Assembly: GCF_000614975.1 (NCBI RefSeq)
Contig: NZ_BALM01000004.1
Location: 1-40,000 of the forward strand
Reading direction: 5' to 3'
DNA: 40,000 nt
Source: Shewanella marina JCM 15074
GTDB lineage: Bacteria > Pseudomonadota > Gammaproteobacteria > Enterobacterales > Shewanellaceae
Shown here: positions 9,184 through 17,644 of the stretch, piece after piece
Numbering within the stretch: the stretch's first letter is position 1
Layout: every line of letters starts with the position of its first letter
The notes under the pieces: generated by a model
The model's database searches: none
Told to the model about the DNA's origin: nothing
Seen by the model: only the letters and a program-made list of their open reading frames with translations
Made by a program: the position numbers and the translations under genes

Positions 9184-9798
9184 ATGAAAAGCTTCGTAAT
9201 TGCAGATCCTGAAAAGTGTATTGGTTGTGGCACCTGCATGGCAGCGTGTTCGACTGTACACAAACAACAAGGACTGCAAAGCCATCCACGCCTTACGGTG
9301 GTTAAACTCGATAATGCCACTGCGCCGGTAATGTGCCGCCACTGTGAAGATGCACCTTGTGCGGTTGTATGTCCAGTACAAGCGATAGCCAAGCAAGATG
9401 ATCGTGTACTGTTAAACGAAACTTTATGTGTGGGATGTACATTATGTGCCGTAGCTTGTCCTTTTGGTGCTATTGCATTTGATGGGAGTCGACCTATTGC
9501 TATGGCAAATAGTTATGACGTTTATATTCCATCAACTGTGCGTTCGAGTAATCCCTCGACTTCTATCGCAAGTGTATTTGGACAAGACATTCTTGCTTGG
9601 GAACCCGGCGTAAAAAGCATTGCGGTTAAATGTGATTTATGTGGTTTTCGTGAAGAGGGGCCTGCCTGTGTCTCTGTCTGTCCAACTCAAGCCATTGTCA
9701 TGATTGATGAACAACGTATTGCAACGGCACGTGCGATGAAGCGTGAGTGTGCGGCAGACAATGCTGCGTCGGTCAAAGATGGAGTAATAACACGATGA
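9184..9798 (+). CDS. hycB: Formate hydrogenlyase 4Fe-4S ferredoxin-type subunit (HycB/HyfA)
   Basis: The N-terminus MKSFVIADPEKCIGCGTCMAAC and several further CxxCxxCxxxCP clusters are present. It is the first gene after the sigma54 promoter. Confidence 0.85.
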   Translation: MKSFVIADPEKCIGCGTCMAACSTVHKQQGLQSHPRLTVVKLDNATAPVMCRHCEDAPCAVVCPVQAIAKQDDRVLLNETLCVGCTLCAVACPFGAIAFDGSRPIAMANSYDVYIPSTVRSSNPSTSIASVFGQDILAWEPGVKSIAVKCDLCGFREEGPACVSVCPTQAIVMIDEQRIATARAMKRECAADNAASVKDGVITR

Positions 9799-11726
9799 AC
9801 CCATTAGTTTTAGTTTGTTTTTGTGTCATTAGTTATGCCGTTGCCGCCGTATTGTCTTTTGCTGGCCGTCACCATGAGCAGGCCAGCTTGCGCCTTGCTG
9901 GGGTTATCAGTGCCTTTGGTGGTTTATTTGGCATCATCGCTGGCGTTAGCACGGTTGTGATGGGAACGCACGGGCATAGTATTGCTCACCTCGGTCAGTT
10001 TTTTAGCATGGATATGCTATCGGCACTTATGGTGGTGGTTATCTCTGTAGTGACTATGGCTGCCTCTGTTTACTCTATCAATTATTTAGAAGAATATTTT
10101 GGTAAGGGTGGATGGAAAGTTAATATCTTGTTCAATATCTTTGCTGCAGCCATGACGGCACTTGTCGTGTCGGCCAATGTAATGATCTTTATTGTTTTTA
10201 TGGAGATCATTTCAGTGGCTTCTTGGCTGATCGTGATCAGCGATGGCAGTGCTCAAAGTAAAAAGGCAGGTTTTCAATACTTTATTATTGATCATATCGC
10301 CAGTGTGTTGATTTTATGTGCCTTCTTAATTGTGGTGAGTAATGCTGACAGCTATCAATTTAGCGTCATTATGGCTAACCCTGTTACTGGCGCGACGGCT
10401 TCTATTGTATTCCTGTTTGCACTCGCTGGCTTTGGTATTAAAGCTGCTGGGATAGGCTTACATGGTTGGTTACCTAAAGCATATCCAATTGCCCCCTCAT
10501 ATTGTTCAACGCTTATCTCTTGTGTGATGGTTAAAATTGGTATTTACGGCATTTTAAAGTTCGCCATTTTGTTTTTGGGGGCGACCCAATTATGGTGGGG
10601 CTTTGTGGTGTTAGTGTTCGGTGCATTATCATCCGTGCTTGGGGTAATGTATGCCCTTGCTGAACATGATATTAAACGGCTATTGGCTTATCACACTATC
10701 GAAAATATTGGCATAATTTTAATCGGCGTTGGTGTCAGTATGATTGGTATCGCATCACATCAACCGCTATTAGCATTACTTGGTCTATTAGGTGGTTTAT
10801 ACCATTTACTTAACCACGCCGTATTTAAAGGCTTATTGTGTTTGGGTTCTGGCTCTATTGTCTTTCGTATGCACAGCAAAGAGATGGATGATATGGGCGG
10901 CTTGGCTAAAACCATGCCAAAAACGGCCATTGCTTTCTTGATCGGTACCTTGGCTATTTGTGCTTTACCGCCATTGAACGGTTTTGTGTCTGAATGGTTT
11001 ATTTATCAGTCACTGTTTAGCATGGGTAAAACAGGCACTGTTGCTAACTTGATCTTTGGGCCATTTGGGATGGTAATGTTGGCATTTACCGGTGCTTTAG
11101 CGTGCATGTGTTTTGTTAAGGTGTATGGTATTTGCTTTACTGGTGCACCTAAAACTCAGCAGGCTGCCAATACCCGTGAAGTTGGCCCTGCAATGGTAAC
11201 GGCAACGACTGCACTTGCTATTTTGTGTATTGTATTAGGTGTATGTTCACCTTGGATTGCCCCTTATTTTTCTGCTATTGCCGCATCTGTGTTGCAACTG
11301 GCTCCTGTTACTGTTGCCCATGGTTTATCGGTTTATCCCGCCGTTGCTGATCAAGCCATTCTATCGACGCCAGTCATTATGATTGCACTAGCACTATTAA
11401 CTTTAGTGCCTACAGCGTTACTTTATCTTTTCCGTCAACGCCGTCTTGAGCGTCGCCATCAAGGTGATCCTTGGGCATGTGGTTATCAATATGAGCAGCG
11501 TATGACGGTTTCTGCAGCCAGTATTACACGACCAATGCGTCAAATGTTTGGGTTTATTTACAATAATCGACCTAGCCAATCGTTGACTGAACGCTTCATT
11601 CTACCTGTGTTTTATAAGGGCACCGACACAGCCGTGTTAAGTGGCTCGAAAGTGTGTCTATTCTGCATCTTTAGCGTGCTGTTTGTGTTGCTGTTTATTC
11701 CTTTCATTTCAGGAGTTAGTTGCTAA
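9795..11726 (+). CDS. hycC: Hydrogenase-3 membrane subunit, NuoL/antiporter-like (HycC/HyfB)
   Basis: This is a highly hydrophobic protein of about 643 aa with NuoL/Mrp-like motifs (WLPKAYP, LLAYHTIENIG). The ATG at 9795 overlaps the hycB stop (ATGA). The track start at 9747 lies inside hycB and is rejected. Confidence 0.85.
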   Translation: MNPLVLVCFCVISYAVAAVLSFAGRHHEQASLRLAGVISAFGGLFGIIAGVSTVVMGTHGHSIAHLGQFFSMDMLSALMVVVISVVTMAASVYSINYLEEYFGKGGWKVNILFNIFAAAMTALVVSANVMIFIVFMEIISVASWLIVISDGSAQSKKAGFQYFIIDHIASVLILCAFLIVVSNADSYQFSVIMANPVTGATASIVFLFALAGFGIKAAGIGLHGWLPKAYPIAPSYCSTLISCVMVKIGIYGILKFAILFLGATQLWWGFVVLVFGALSSVLGVMYALAEHDIKRLLAYHTIENIGIILIGVGVSMIGIASHQPLLALLGLLGGLYHLLNHAVFKGLLCLGSGSIVFRMHSKEMDDMGGLAKTMPKTAIAFLIGTLAICALPPLNGFVSEWFIYQSLFSMGKTGTVANLIFGPFGMVMLAFTGALACMCFVKVYGICFTGAPKTQQAANTREVGPAMVTATTALAILCIVLGVCSPWIAPYFSAIAASVLQLAPVTVAHGLSVYPAVADQAILSTPVIMIALALLTLVPTALLYLFRQRRLERRHQGDPWACGYQYEQRMTVSAASITRPMRQMFGFIYNNRPSQSLTERFILPVFYKGTDTAVLSGSKVCLFCIFSVLFVLLFIPFISGVSC

Positions 11727-12679
11727 TGTCACCACTTGAAATGCCAACTGCAAGTTGGATTGTATTGGCCGTTGTACAAGCACTGCTGATGTTGTTTTTA
11801 GCGCCGCTAGCAACAGGTTTCTCTCGGGTTATTCGTGCCAAAATGCATTCGCGTCAAGGCCCTGGTGTTTTGCAAGATTACCGTGATATTGCCAAGTTAT
11901 TACGTCGTCAGTCAGTAGCGCCTGCTAATGCCGGTATGATTTTTTGGATGACGCCATGGGTATTGGTTGTGACTATGTTATTGATTGGTATGGCTTTACC
12001 GACAGTGACGCAAGTGTCGCCATTTCCTATTTCTGGTGATTTGATTACGGATATCTATTTATTGGCTATTTTCCGCTTCTTTTTTGCATTGGCGGGGATT
12101 GATTCCAATAGCATGTTTGCTGGTATTGGTAGTAGCCGCGAATTGACTTTAGGTATTTTAGTTGAGCCTATTTTGATTTTAGCCATTGTGGTGGTTGCAC
12201 TTGTTGTAGGTACCACTGACTTAGGTTATATCAGCCACGCATTAGCCAATAATAGTTGGCACCGTCCGTTAACCATTATTTTGGCTGGGATTGTGTGTGC
12301 ATTTGCGCTGTTTATCGAAATGGGAAAATTGCCGTTTGATAGCGCTGAAGCAGAGCAAGAACTGCAAGAGGGACCTGTGACTGAATATTCAGGTTCTGCT
12401 TTAGCCATGGTTAAGCTTGGTTTAGGGCTAAAACAACTGGTTGTGGTGCAGCTATTTTTAGCTATTTTTATCCCTTGGGGCAAGGCTAGCAGCTTAACTG
12501 CTGGTGCGCTTATCTCTGCCACAATCATTCTATTGGTTAAATTATTTATTGTATTTTTGATTGCAGGTCTTATTGAAAACAGCATGGCTCGAGTGCGTTT
12601 TACTAAGATCCATCGCACTATTTTTCCTGCATTTTTAGTGGCCGTTTTGGCGCTGATCTTTTTAATTTTGGGTTGGTAA
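11726..12679 (+). CDS. hycD: Hydrogenase-3 membrane subunit, NuoH-like (HycD)
   Basis: This is a polytopic membrane protein of about 317 aa with a NuoH-like conserved loop (KLPFDSAEAEQELQEGPVTEYSG). The ATG at 11726 overlaps the hycC stop (TAATG). SD AGGAG is at 11711-11715. Confidence 0.85.
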   Translation: MSPLEMPTASWIVLAVVQALLMLFLAPLATGFSRVIRAKMHSRQGPGVLQDYRDIAKLLRRQSVAPANAGMIFWMTPWVLVVTMLLIGMALPTVTQVSPFPISGDLITDIYLLAIFRFFFALAGIDSNSMFAGIGSSRELTLGILVEPILILAIVVVALVVGTTDLGYISHALANNSWHRPLTIILAGIVCAFALFIEMGKLPFDSAEAEQELQEGPVTEYSGSALAMVKLGLGLKQLVVVQLFLAIFIPWGKASSLTAGALISATIILLVKLFIVFLIAGLIENSMARVRFTKIHRTIFPAFLVAVLALIFLILGW

Positions 12680-12688
12680 GTAACAATA

Positions 12689-14443
12689 ATGACAAACAAT
12701 ACATCTGAACAATTTCACTCTCAGCCTCAGGCTGGTCGTATTGGTAAGAACTATGTCGATGGTGTTAATCATTTCTTCCCATCAGCCATTATTGATGAAG
12801 AGTGGCAAACAGAAAATCAAGTGACTATTACCGTAAAGATGACCTCATTAGTTGAGGTGATGAAATGGCTTTATTACGATCAAGGCGGTTGGTTAACGGT
12901 TTCATTTGGTAACGATGAACGTAGCCTAAACGGCCATTTTGCGGTTTATCATGTGTTATCAATGGAAGGTGAGGTGAAGAGTTTTGTCACCGTTAAAATT
13001 CTAGTTGATGCGCAAAGCCAAGAGTTTATCTCTATTACGCCGACCATTCCAGCAGCCGTATGGGGTGAACGTGAAGTACGCGACATGTATGGCCTACGCC
13101 CCGTTGGGTTACCTGATGAACGCCGCTTAGTGCTACCTGATGATTGGCCTGAAGATCTGCATCCATTACGTAAAGATGCAATGGATTATCGCCAACGTCC
13201 GCAACCAACAACTGAGACTGAAACGTATCAGTTTGATAACCAATTAGGCAATGACAGTAACCGAATTGTGCCTGTAGGACCGCTGCATATTACCTCTGAT
13301 GAACCGGGACATTTCCGTCTGTTTGTTGATGGCGAAGATATTGTTGATGCCGATTATCGCATGTTCTATGTGCATCGTGGCATGGAAAAACTCGCTGAAA
13401 CACGTATGGGTTATCACGAAGTTGCACAATTGACCGATCGCGTTTGTGGTATTTGTGGTTTTACTCATAGTGTGGGTTATAGCAATACCATTGAAAATGC
13501 TTTATCGGTTGATGTGCCATTTCGCGCCAAAATGATCCGTACTGTTTTACTTGAAGTTGAACGGTTGCACAGCCATTTGCTTAATATCGGGCTATCGAGT
13601 CACTTTGTGGGTTTTGATACAGGCTTTATGCAGTTTTTCCGCGTACGAGAAAAAACCATGGAGTTGGCTGAATTACTAACGGGTGCGCGTAAAACTTATG
13701 GTATGAACCTGATTGGTGGTGTGCGCCGTGATTTTTTAAAAGAGCAGCGTGTTAAAGGCATTGCTATGGTTCGAGAGGTTCGCCAAAAATTCTCTGAGCT
13801 GGTGGAAGTGCTATTAGCGACGCCTAATATCAATAGTCGTACCCAAGGTATTGGTATTTTATCAAAGCAGGTTGCTCGTGATTATAGCCCGGTAGGGCCA
13901 TTAATTCGTGCCAGTGGTTTTAAACGCGATGTGCGTATTGTGCATGGTCAATCATTAGAAGCTTATGGCAGTGTGCCTATTGAATTACAAAGCATGGAAG
14001 ATGGCGACGTTTATTCACGTGTGATGGTACGAGTGCGTGAAGTATTCGAGTCATTAAATGTGATTGAATATGGATTAGATCATCTACCAGCAGGCGCAAT
14101 TTTAACTGAAAGCTTCGATTATAAGCCTAACAAATTTGCATTAGGTTTTACCGAAGCTCCTCGCGGCGAAAACATTCATTGGAGTATGACAGGCGATAAC
14201 CAAAAGTTATTCCGCTGGCGTTGCCGCGCGGCCACTTATGCTAATTGGCCAACACTGCGTTATATGTTGCGTGGTAATACGGTTGCAGATGCGCCGTTGA
14301 TCATTGGTAGTTTAGATCCATGTTATTCATGTACTGACCGCGTCACCATTGTGGATACTAAAAAGCAACGAAGCAAAACTGTTCCATATAAAGCGATTGA
14401 GCAGTACAGCATTGACCGCAAACACTCACCATTCAAGTTATAG
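12689..14443 (+). CDS. hycE: [NiFe] hydrogenase-3 large subunit (fused NuoC/NuoD-like, HycE)
   Basis: The N-terminal Ni-Fe ligand motif RVCGICGFTHS and the C-terminal motif DPCYSCTDR are both present. About 33 residues follow the Arg (VTIVDTKK...PFKL), consistent with a HycI-cleaved C-terminal extension. The 584 aa product compares with 569 aa in E. coli. Confidence 0.9.
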   Translation: MTNNTSEQFHSQPQAGRIGKNYVDGVNHFFPSAIIDEEWQTENQVTITVKMTSLVEVMKWLYYDQGGWLTVSFGNDERSLNGHFAVYHVLSMEGEVKSFVTVKILVDAQSQEFISITPTIPAAVWGEREVRDMYGLRPVGLPDERRLVLPDDWPEDLHPLRKDAMDYRQRPQPTTETETYQFDNQLGNDSNRIVPVGPLHITSDEPGHFRLFVDGEDIVDADYRMFYVHRGMEKLAETRMGYHEVAQLTDRVCGICGFTHSVGYSNTIENALSVDVPFRAKMIRTVLLEVERLHSHLLNIGLSSHFVGFDTGFMQFFRVREKTMELAELLTGARKTYGMNLIGGVRRDFLKEQRVKGIAMVREVRQKFSELVEVLLATPNINSRTQGIGILSKQVARDYSPVGPLIRASGFKRDVRIVHGQSLEAYGSVPIELQSMEDGDVYSRVMVRVREVFESLNVIEYGLDHLPAGAILTESFDYKPNKFALGFTEAPRGENIHWSMTGDNQKLFRWRCRAATYANWPTLRYMLRGNTVADAPLIIGSLDPCYSCTDRVTIVDTKKQRSKTVPYKAIEQYSIDRKHSPFKL

Positions 14444-14452
14444 GGAGGCCAT

Positions 14453-15001
14453 GTGTTTAAGTTAATCAAAACGGTTTTTAACACTGGCAGCGTTACCACT
14501 AAATATCCATTTGCACCAATGTCAGTGAGTGAAGACTTTCGTGGTAAGCCAGAGTTAGATGCGGCGCAATGTTTATCTTGTGGTGCATGTACCCGAGCGT
14601 GTCCTGCTAATGCCTTGATTATGGAAACCGATGAAAAGGCGGGGACGCGCCGCTGGGAACTTTCAACGGCACGTTGTATTTTTTGTGGTCGCTGCGAAGA
14701 AGTGTGTCCAACCCATGCGATTAAACTGACTCAAAATTTTGAGTTGGCGGTCACTAACAAAGCTGACCTTTATGAACATGCCGTATTTAGCTTAGCTGAT
14801 TGTAGCCAGTGTCAGCGTCCATTTGTGGCGCAAAAATTACTTGAGTATGTATTAGATACCTTGGCCCAAAGTGGAGTGCCCGCGGCACAACTTAGCGAGC
14901 GTCGTAAGCAGTTACAAACCTGCCCAGCATGTCGCCGAGCCAACAATATGCTTGATAGTGACAATATTAGCCATTTACGTTTTATTAAGGAGCAACAGTG
15001 A
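14453..15001 (+). CDS. hycF: Hydrogenase-3 2x[4Fe-4S] subunit (NuoI-like, HycF)
   Basis: The GTG start is preceded by SD GGGAGG. Motifs [12 protein letters not shown] and [12 protein letters not shown] are present, and the product is collinear with remembered E. coli HycF (180 aa). Confidence 0.9.
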   Translation: MFKLIKTVFNTGSVTTKYPFAPMSVSEDFRGKPELDAAQCLSCGACTRACPANALIMETDEKAGTRRWELSTARCIFCGRCEEVCPTHAIKLTQNFELAVTNKADLYEHAVFSLADCSQCQRPFVAQKLLEYVLDTLAQSGVPAAQLSERRKQLQTCPACRRANNMLDSDNISHLRFIKEQQ

Positions 15002-15579
15002 AAGGTATTAAACAGCTGGTGGGAACTGCTCACACTCAAACAGTACCTGTTGTATTGCCACCTAATAGCCAAAAGCTAAAAGATGCCTTGCTTAAAGAGA
15101 TCCGCCGCTCGGCATATGTATATCGTGTTGACTGTGGTGGCTGTAATGCGTGTGAAATTGAGATTTTTGCCGCAACAACCCCCATTTTTGATACCGAACG
15201 CTTTGGTATCAAAATTGTAGCTTCACCAAGGCATGCCGATATTTTGCTTTATACCGGTTCGGTCACTCGTGCAATGCGAGCGCCAGCGTTAAGGGCTTAT
15301 GAAGCTGCGCCTGATCCTAAAATTGTGATCTCTTATGGGGCTTGCGGTTGTGACGGTGGCATTTTTCACGATCTTTATTGTGTTTGGGGCGGAACCGATA
15401 AAATTGTGCCTGTCGATGTCTATATTCCCGGCTGCCCACCAACTCCCGCGGCAACCATTTATGGTTTTGCAGTGGCATTAGGGTTACTTGATCAAAAACT
15501 TAAATCTAAACAGCATCAGCCTGAAGCTCAAAAAGCACAGCTAAAACACACGAATATTCCACTCGATATTAAAGTATGA
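14998..15579 (+). CDS. hycG: [NiFe] hydrogenase-3 small subunit core (NuoB-like, HycG), lacking the usual C-terminal region
   Basis: The GTG start follows SD AGGAG and overlaps the hycF stop. Motifs [22 protein letters not shown] and IPGCPPTP are present. It ends at 193 aa, against about 255 aa for E. coli HycG. Confidence 0.85.
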   Translation: MKGIKQLVGTAHTQTVPVVLPPNSQKLKDALLKEIRRSAYVYRVDCGGCNACEIEIFAATTPIFDTERFGIKIVASPRHADILLYTGSVTRAMRAPALRAYEAAPDPKIVISYGACGCDGGIFHDLYCVWGGTDKIVPVDVYIPGCPPTPAATIYGFAVALGLLDQKLKSKQHQPEAQKAQLKHTNIPLDIKV

Positions 15580-15836
15580 TTGAACGTCAAGCACGCTTAT
15601 TAGCGGGTTACCTACAAGGTCAACGTATTGCCGATGATGTGATGACCGTACTGGCTAATTGCACCGCAGATAATGTTGACCAAAAAATTGGCCAGTATTT
15701 AGCGGAAAAAAATGATCCACGGTTAACTGAAATTGTGAATATTTTACTGGCAAAAACCATGGCAGCCTTAACTGGGACGACAACTTGCCCTGCCAAAGTC
15801 GATGGTCAGCAACAATGTGAGGGTTGTGCTCAATGA
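15576..15836 (+). CDS. Small ORF that appears to be the detached C-terminal domain of HycG, plus a novel Cys-rich tail
   Basis: The 86 aa ORF has ATGA overlaps at both ends (15576-15579 and 15833-15836). The N-terminal about 55 aa ([20 protein letters not shown]...[15 protein letters not shown]) resemble my recollection of the E. coli HycG C-terminus (REARRLAGYRYGRQIADD...AENDPRLNEIVSHL). The tail [14 protein letters not shown] has no counterpart that I recognise. Confidence 0.55.
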   Translation: MIERQARLLAGYLQGQRIADDVMTVLANCTADNVDQKIGQYLAEKNDPRLTEIVNILLAKTMAALTGTTTCPAKVDGQQQCEGCAQ

Positions 15837-16282
15837 GTCAAAACTTAACCGAATTAGCGCAATCTCGGCATCTTGCTGGCCATATTTACTTTTATTCACT
15901 GAGCCGTAAATTTGTTGATGAAAGTTATGACGTACCGGAAGAAGCCAAGCAAATCATGTATTACAGCTTGGCGATTGGTCACCATTTAGGGGTGGTTGAT
16001 TGCTTAAATTCGGTAATGGATTGTGATGGTAAACAGTATTTAGCGTGGATCAGTGACTTACCTGCGCAGAGTGAGGCATTTCGTAAAATGCAGGGCTTTA
16101 TTGTTTTTGGTGAGATTACGATTTATCCAGAACATATTAATATGCTCGCAGTGGCGTTTGCGGCTATTGACCGCGATATTCAAACCGAATGTTCGCAGCA
16201 ACTCACCCAAAAATTTATTGAGGCACTTGGCGCTATTCATCGTGAACCAACGATGTACATGATGATTAGAGGAGGTCGTTAA
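15833..16282 (+). CDS. hycH: Formate hydrogenlyase maturation protein HycH
   Basis: YSLSRKFVDES...AKQIMYYSLAIGHHLGVVDCL...YLAWI matches remembered E. coli HycH (FSQLSRKFIDEN...YYSLAIGHHLGVIDCL...YLAWI). I prefer the ATG at 15833, which overlaps the previous stop, over the TTG at 15824. Confidence 0.85.
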   Translation: MSQNLTELAQSRHLAGHIYFYSLSRKFVDESYDVPEEAKQIMYYSLAIGHHLGVVDCLNSVMDCDGKQYLAWISDLPAQSEAFRKMQGFIVFGEITIYPEHINMLAVAFAAIDRDIQTECSQQLTQKFIEALGAIHREPTMYMMIRGGR

Positions 16283-16284
16283 CT

Positions 16285-16809
16285 GTGTTGCAAGAAGTGA
16301 ACTTGTCGACTTTAATCGGCCCGAGTGTGAGCAATGACGGTGTTGATCTCAATGTGAACAATATCGTATTAACAGTGGGCAATAGCATGATGGCCGATGA
16401 CGGTGCCGGTCCACTATTAGCACAGATGATTAAACAGCAGCCAATTGTTGATTGGTGTGTGTTGGAAGGTGGCTCAATGCCTGAAGACTGTTTGCATCTT
16501 ATTCGTCAAGCGCAGCCGCAGCGGGTGATAGTGGTTGATGCTGCGGATATGGGGGAGGCTGCGGGTGACATTCGTATTATTGATCCTGAAACTATCGTTG
16601 ATATGTACGTGGTGTCGACCCATAGCTTGCCGCTTAATTTTTTGATTGATGACTTAAAAACATTTGTTCCTGAGGTGGTTTTTATTGGTATTCAACCTGC
16701 GATTGTGGCTTTCTCATTTCCGTTAACTGAAATGGTCCGCAGTGCGGTTGAAACTGTCTATCAAGGTTTATCAAATTGGCAGGGATTGGCTGAGTTTGAA
16801 CACTGCTAA
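16285..16809 (+). CDS. hycI: Hydrogenase-3 large-subunit C-terminal endopeptidase HycI
   Basis: LTVGNSMMADDGAGPLLA, VVDAADMG, DIRIIDPE and FIGIQP are collinear with E. coli HycI. The GTG start has SD AGGAGG 9 nt upstream, giving an N-terminal extension of about 25 aa relative to E. coli. Internal GTG starts remain possible. Confidence 0.85.
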   Translation: MLQEVNLSTLIGPSVSNDGVDLNVNNIVLTVGNSMMADDGAGPLLAQMIKQQPIVDWCVLEGGSMPEDCLHLIRQAQPQRVIVVDAADMGEAAGDIRIIDPETIVDMYVVSTHSLPLNFLIDDLKTFVPEVVFIGIQPAIVAFSFPLTEMVRSAVETVYQGLSNWQGLAEFEHC

Positions 16810-16842
16810 TGACGTGTCGAATTGTCTGTCGAAGAGTGTCGA
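16810..16842 (+). promoter_or_regulatory. Second TGTCGA cluster (TGACG + 3x TGTCGA); candidate FhlA UAS for the hydN-fdhF promoter
   Basis: TGACG is at 16810 and TGTCGA is at 16815, 16827 and 16837 (spacings 12 and 10). The cluster starts immediately after the hycI stop and lies about 125-160 bp upstream of the sigma54 promoter at 16967-16982. The third unit, TGTCGAGAT, matches units 3 and 4 of the first array. Confidence 0.55.
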
Positions 16843-16966
16843 GATGATAGTCTGCGTTATTTTGTCTATCAAAAACGTAAAAAATGAGAATGTGACTCAA
16901 GTTACACTTTCAGTTTTTTGTTAAAATATCATATGGTTGAGAGATATTATCTCGATTTTTAATTAC

Positions 16967-16982
16967 TGGCATAATAAATGCT
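16967..16982 (+). promoter_or_regulatory. Sigma54 (-24/-12) promoter of hydN-fdhF
   Basis: CTGGCATAATAAATGCTA has GG at 16968-16969 and GC at 16980-16981, with 10 nt between them. It is about 62 nt upstream of the hydN ATG. Confidence 0.7.
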
Positions 16983-17043
16983 AGTAAAAGTGTCGTGGCA
17001 TCATCAGATGTTACTGTGTATCGACATCAACAAGGTATAGACC

Positions 17044-17592
17044 ATGAATCGGTTTGTTTTTGCAGATCCAAATATGTGTATTGGCTGTCGAACCTGTGAA
17101 ATTGCTTGTGTTGTTTCTCATCAAGTAGATGGCAAGTTAGACGGTGTCAGCCCTGAAGCATTTGCGCCTCGTTTAACCTTGGTAAAAAATGTGCACGTAA
17201 CTACGCCAGTGATGTGTCGTCAATGTGATGATGCGCCCTGTGCTCAAGTTTGTCCTAATAACGCTATCGTTTTAGAAGATGGCTATGTAAAAGTGATTCA
17301 ATCACGTTGTATTGGTTGTAAAACCTGTGTGATAGCTTGTCCTTATGGGGCAATGAATGTTGTCACAACTATGGTTGAAGAGTCTAAAGGCGGATCACTC
17401 TTTAATCGCATGGCGCCGAAGTCGCAAGCGTTGAAATGTGATTTGTGTGCTCATCGTGAAGCGGGTCCTGCCTGTGTAGAGGTTTGTCCTACCAGTGCAA
17501 TTCAGCTTATTAAGCCTGAAACGTTGAGCGAAACCAGCAAACAAAAACGTGAAGCAGCTGCGTTAAATGCTGCGGTAGCGAGTTTTCGCTAG
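17044..17592 (+). CDS. hydN: 4Fe-4S ferredoxin-type electron transfer protein HydN
   Basis: MNRFVFADPNMCIGCRTCEIACVVSHQ...CRQCDDAPCAQVCPNNAI...CIGCKTCVIACPYGAM...KCDLCAHREAGPACVEVCPT is collinear with remembered E. coli HydN (175 aa). Confidence 0.85.
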   Translation: MNRFVFADPNMCIGCRTCEIACVVSHQVDGKLDGVSPEAFAPRLTLVKNVHVTTPVMCRQCDDAPCAQVCPNNAIVLEDGYVKVIQSRCIGCKTCVIACPYGAMNVVTTMVEESKGGSLFNRMAPKSQALKCDLCAHREAGPACVEVCPTSAIQLIKPETLSETSKQKREAAALNAAVASFR

Positions 17593-17644
17593 TGTGATAA
17601 GCAATATGCTTTGAATAAATTACAATTACAGCCAAAAGGTTAGT

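Noticed and set aside
9747-9794. Upstream start for hycC given in the track (and similarly 11720 for hycD, 15824 for hycH, 26701 for the OCD gene, 5241 for LysR, 1693 for the porin)
   Set aside because: In each case an internal ATG gives a canonical stop/start overlap or SD spacing and a sensible N-terminus (signal peptide or conserved start). The longer forms overlap the preceding gene or add non-conserved residues.
12226-12699. 157-aa minus-strand ORF
   Set aside because: It is entirely antisense to hycD, which is supported by operon context and NuoH-like motifs. No independent support exists.
15577-15579. The TGA ending hycG as a second selenocysteine codon
   Set aside because: Reading through in frame hits TAG after 7 more codons (LNVKHAY). 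The homologous continuation is in a different frame, and no SECIS-like hairpin follows.
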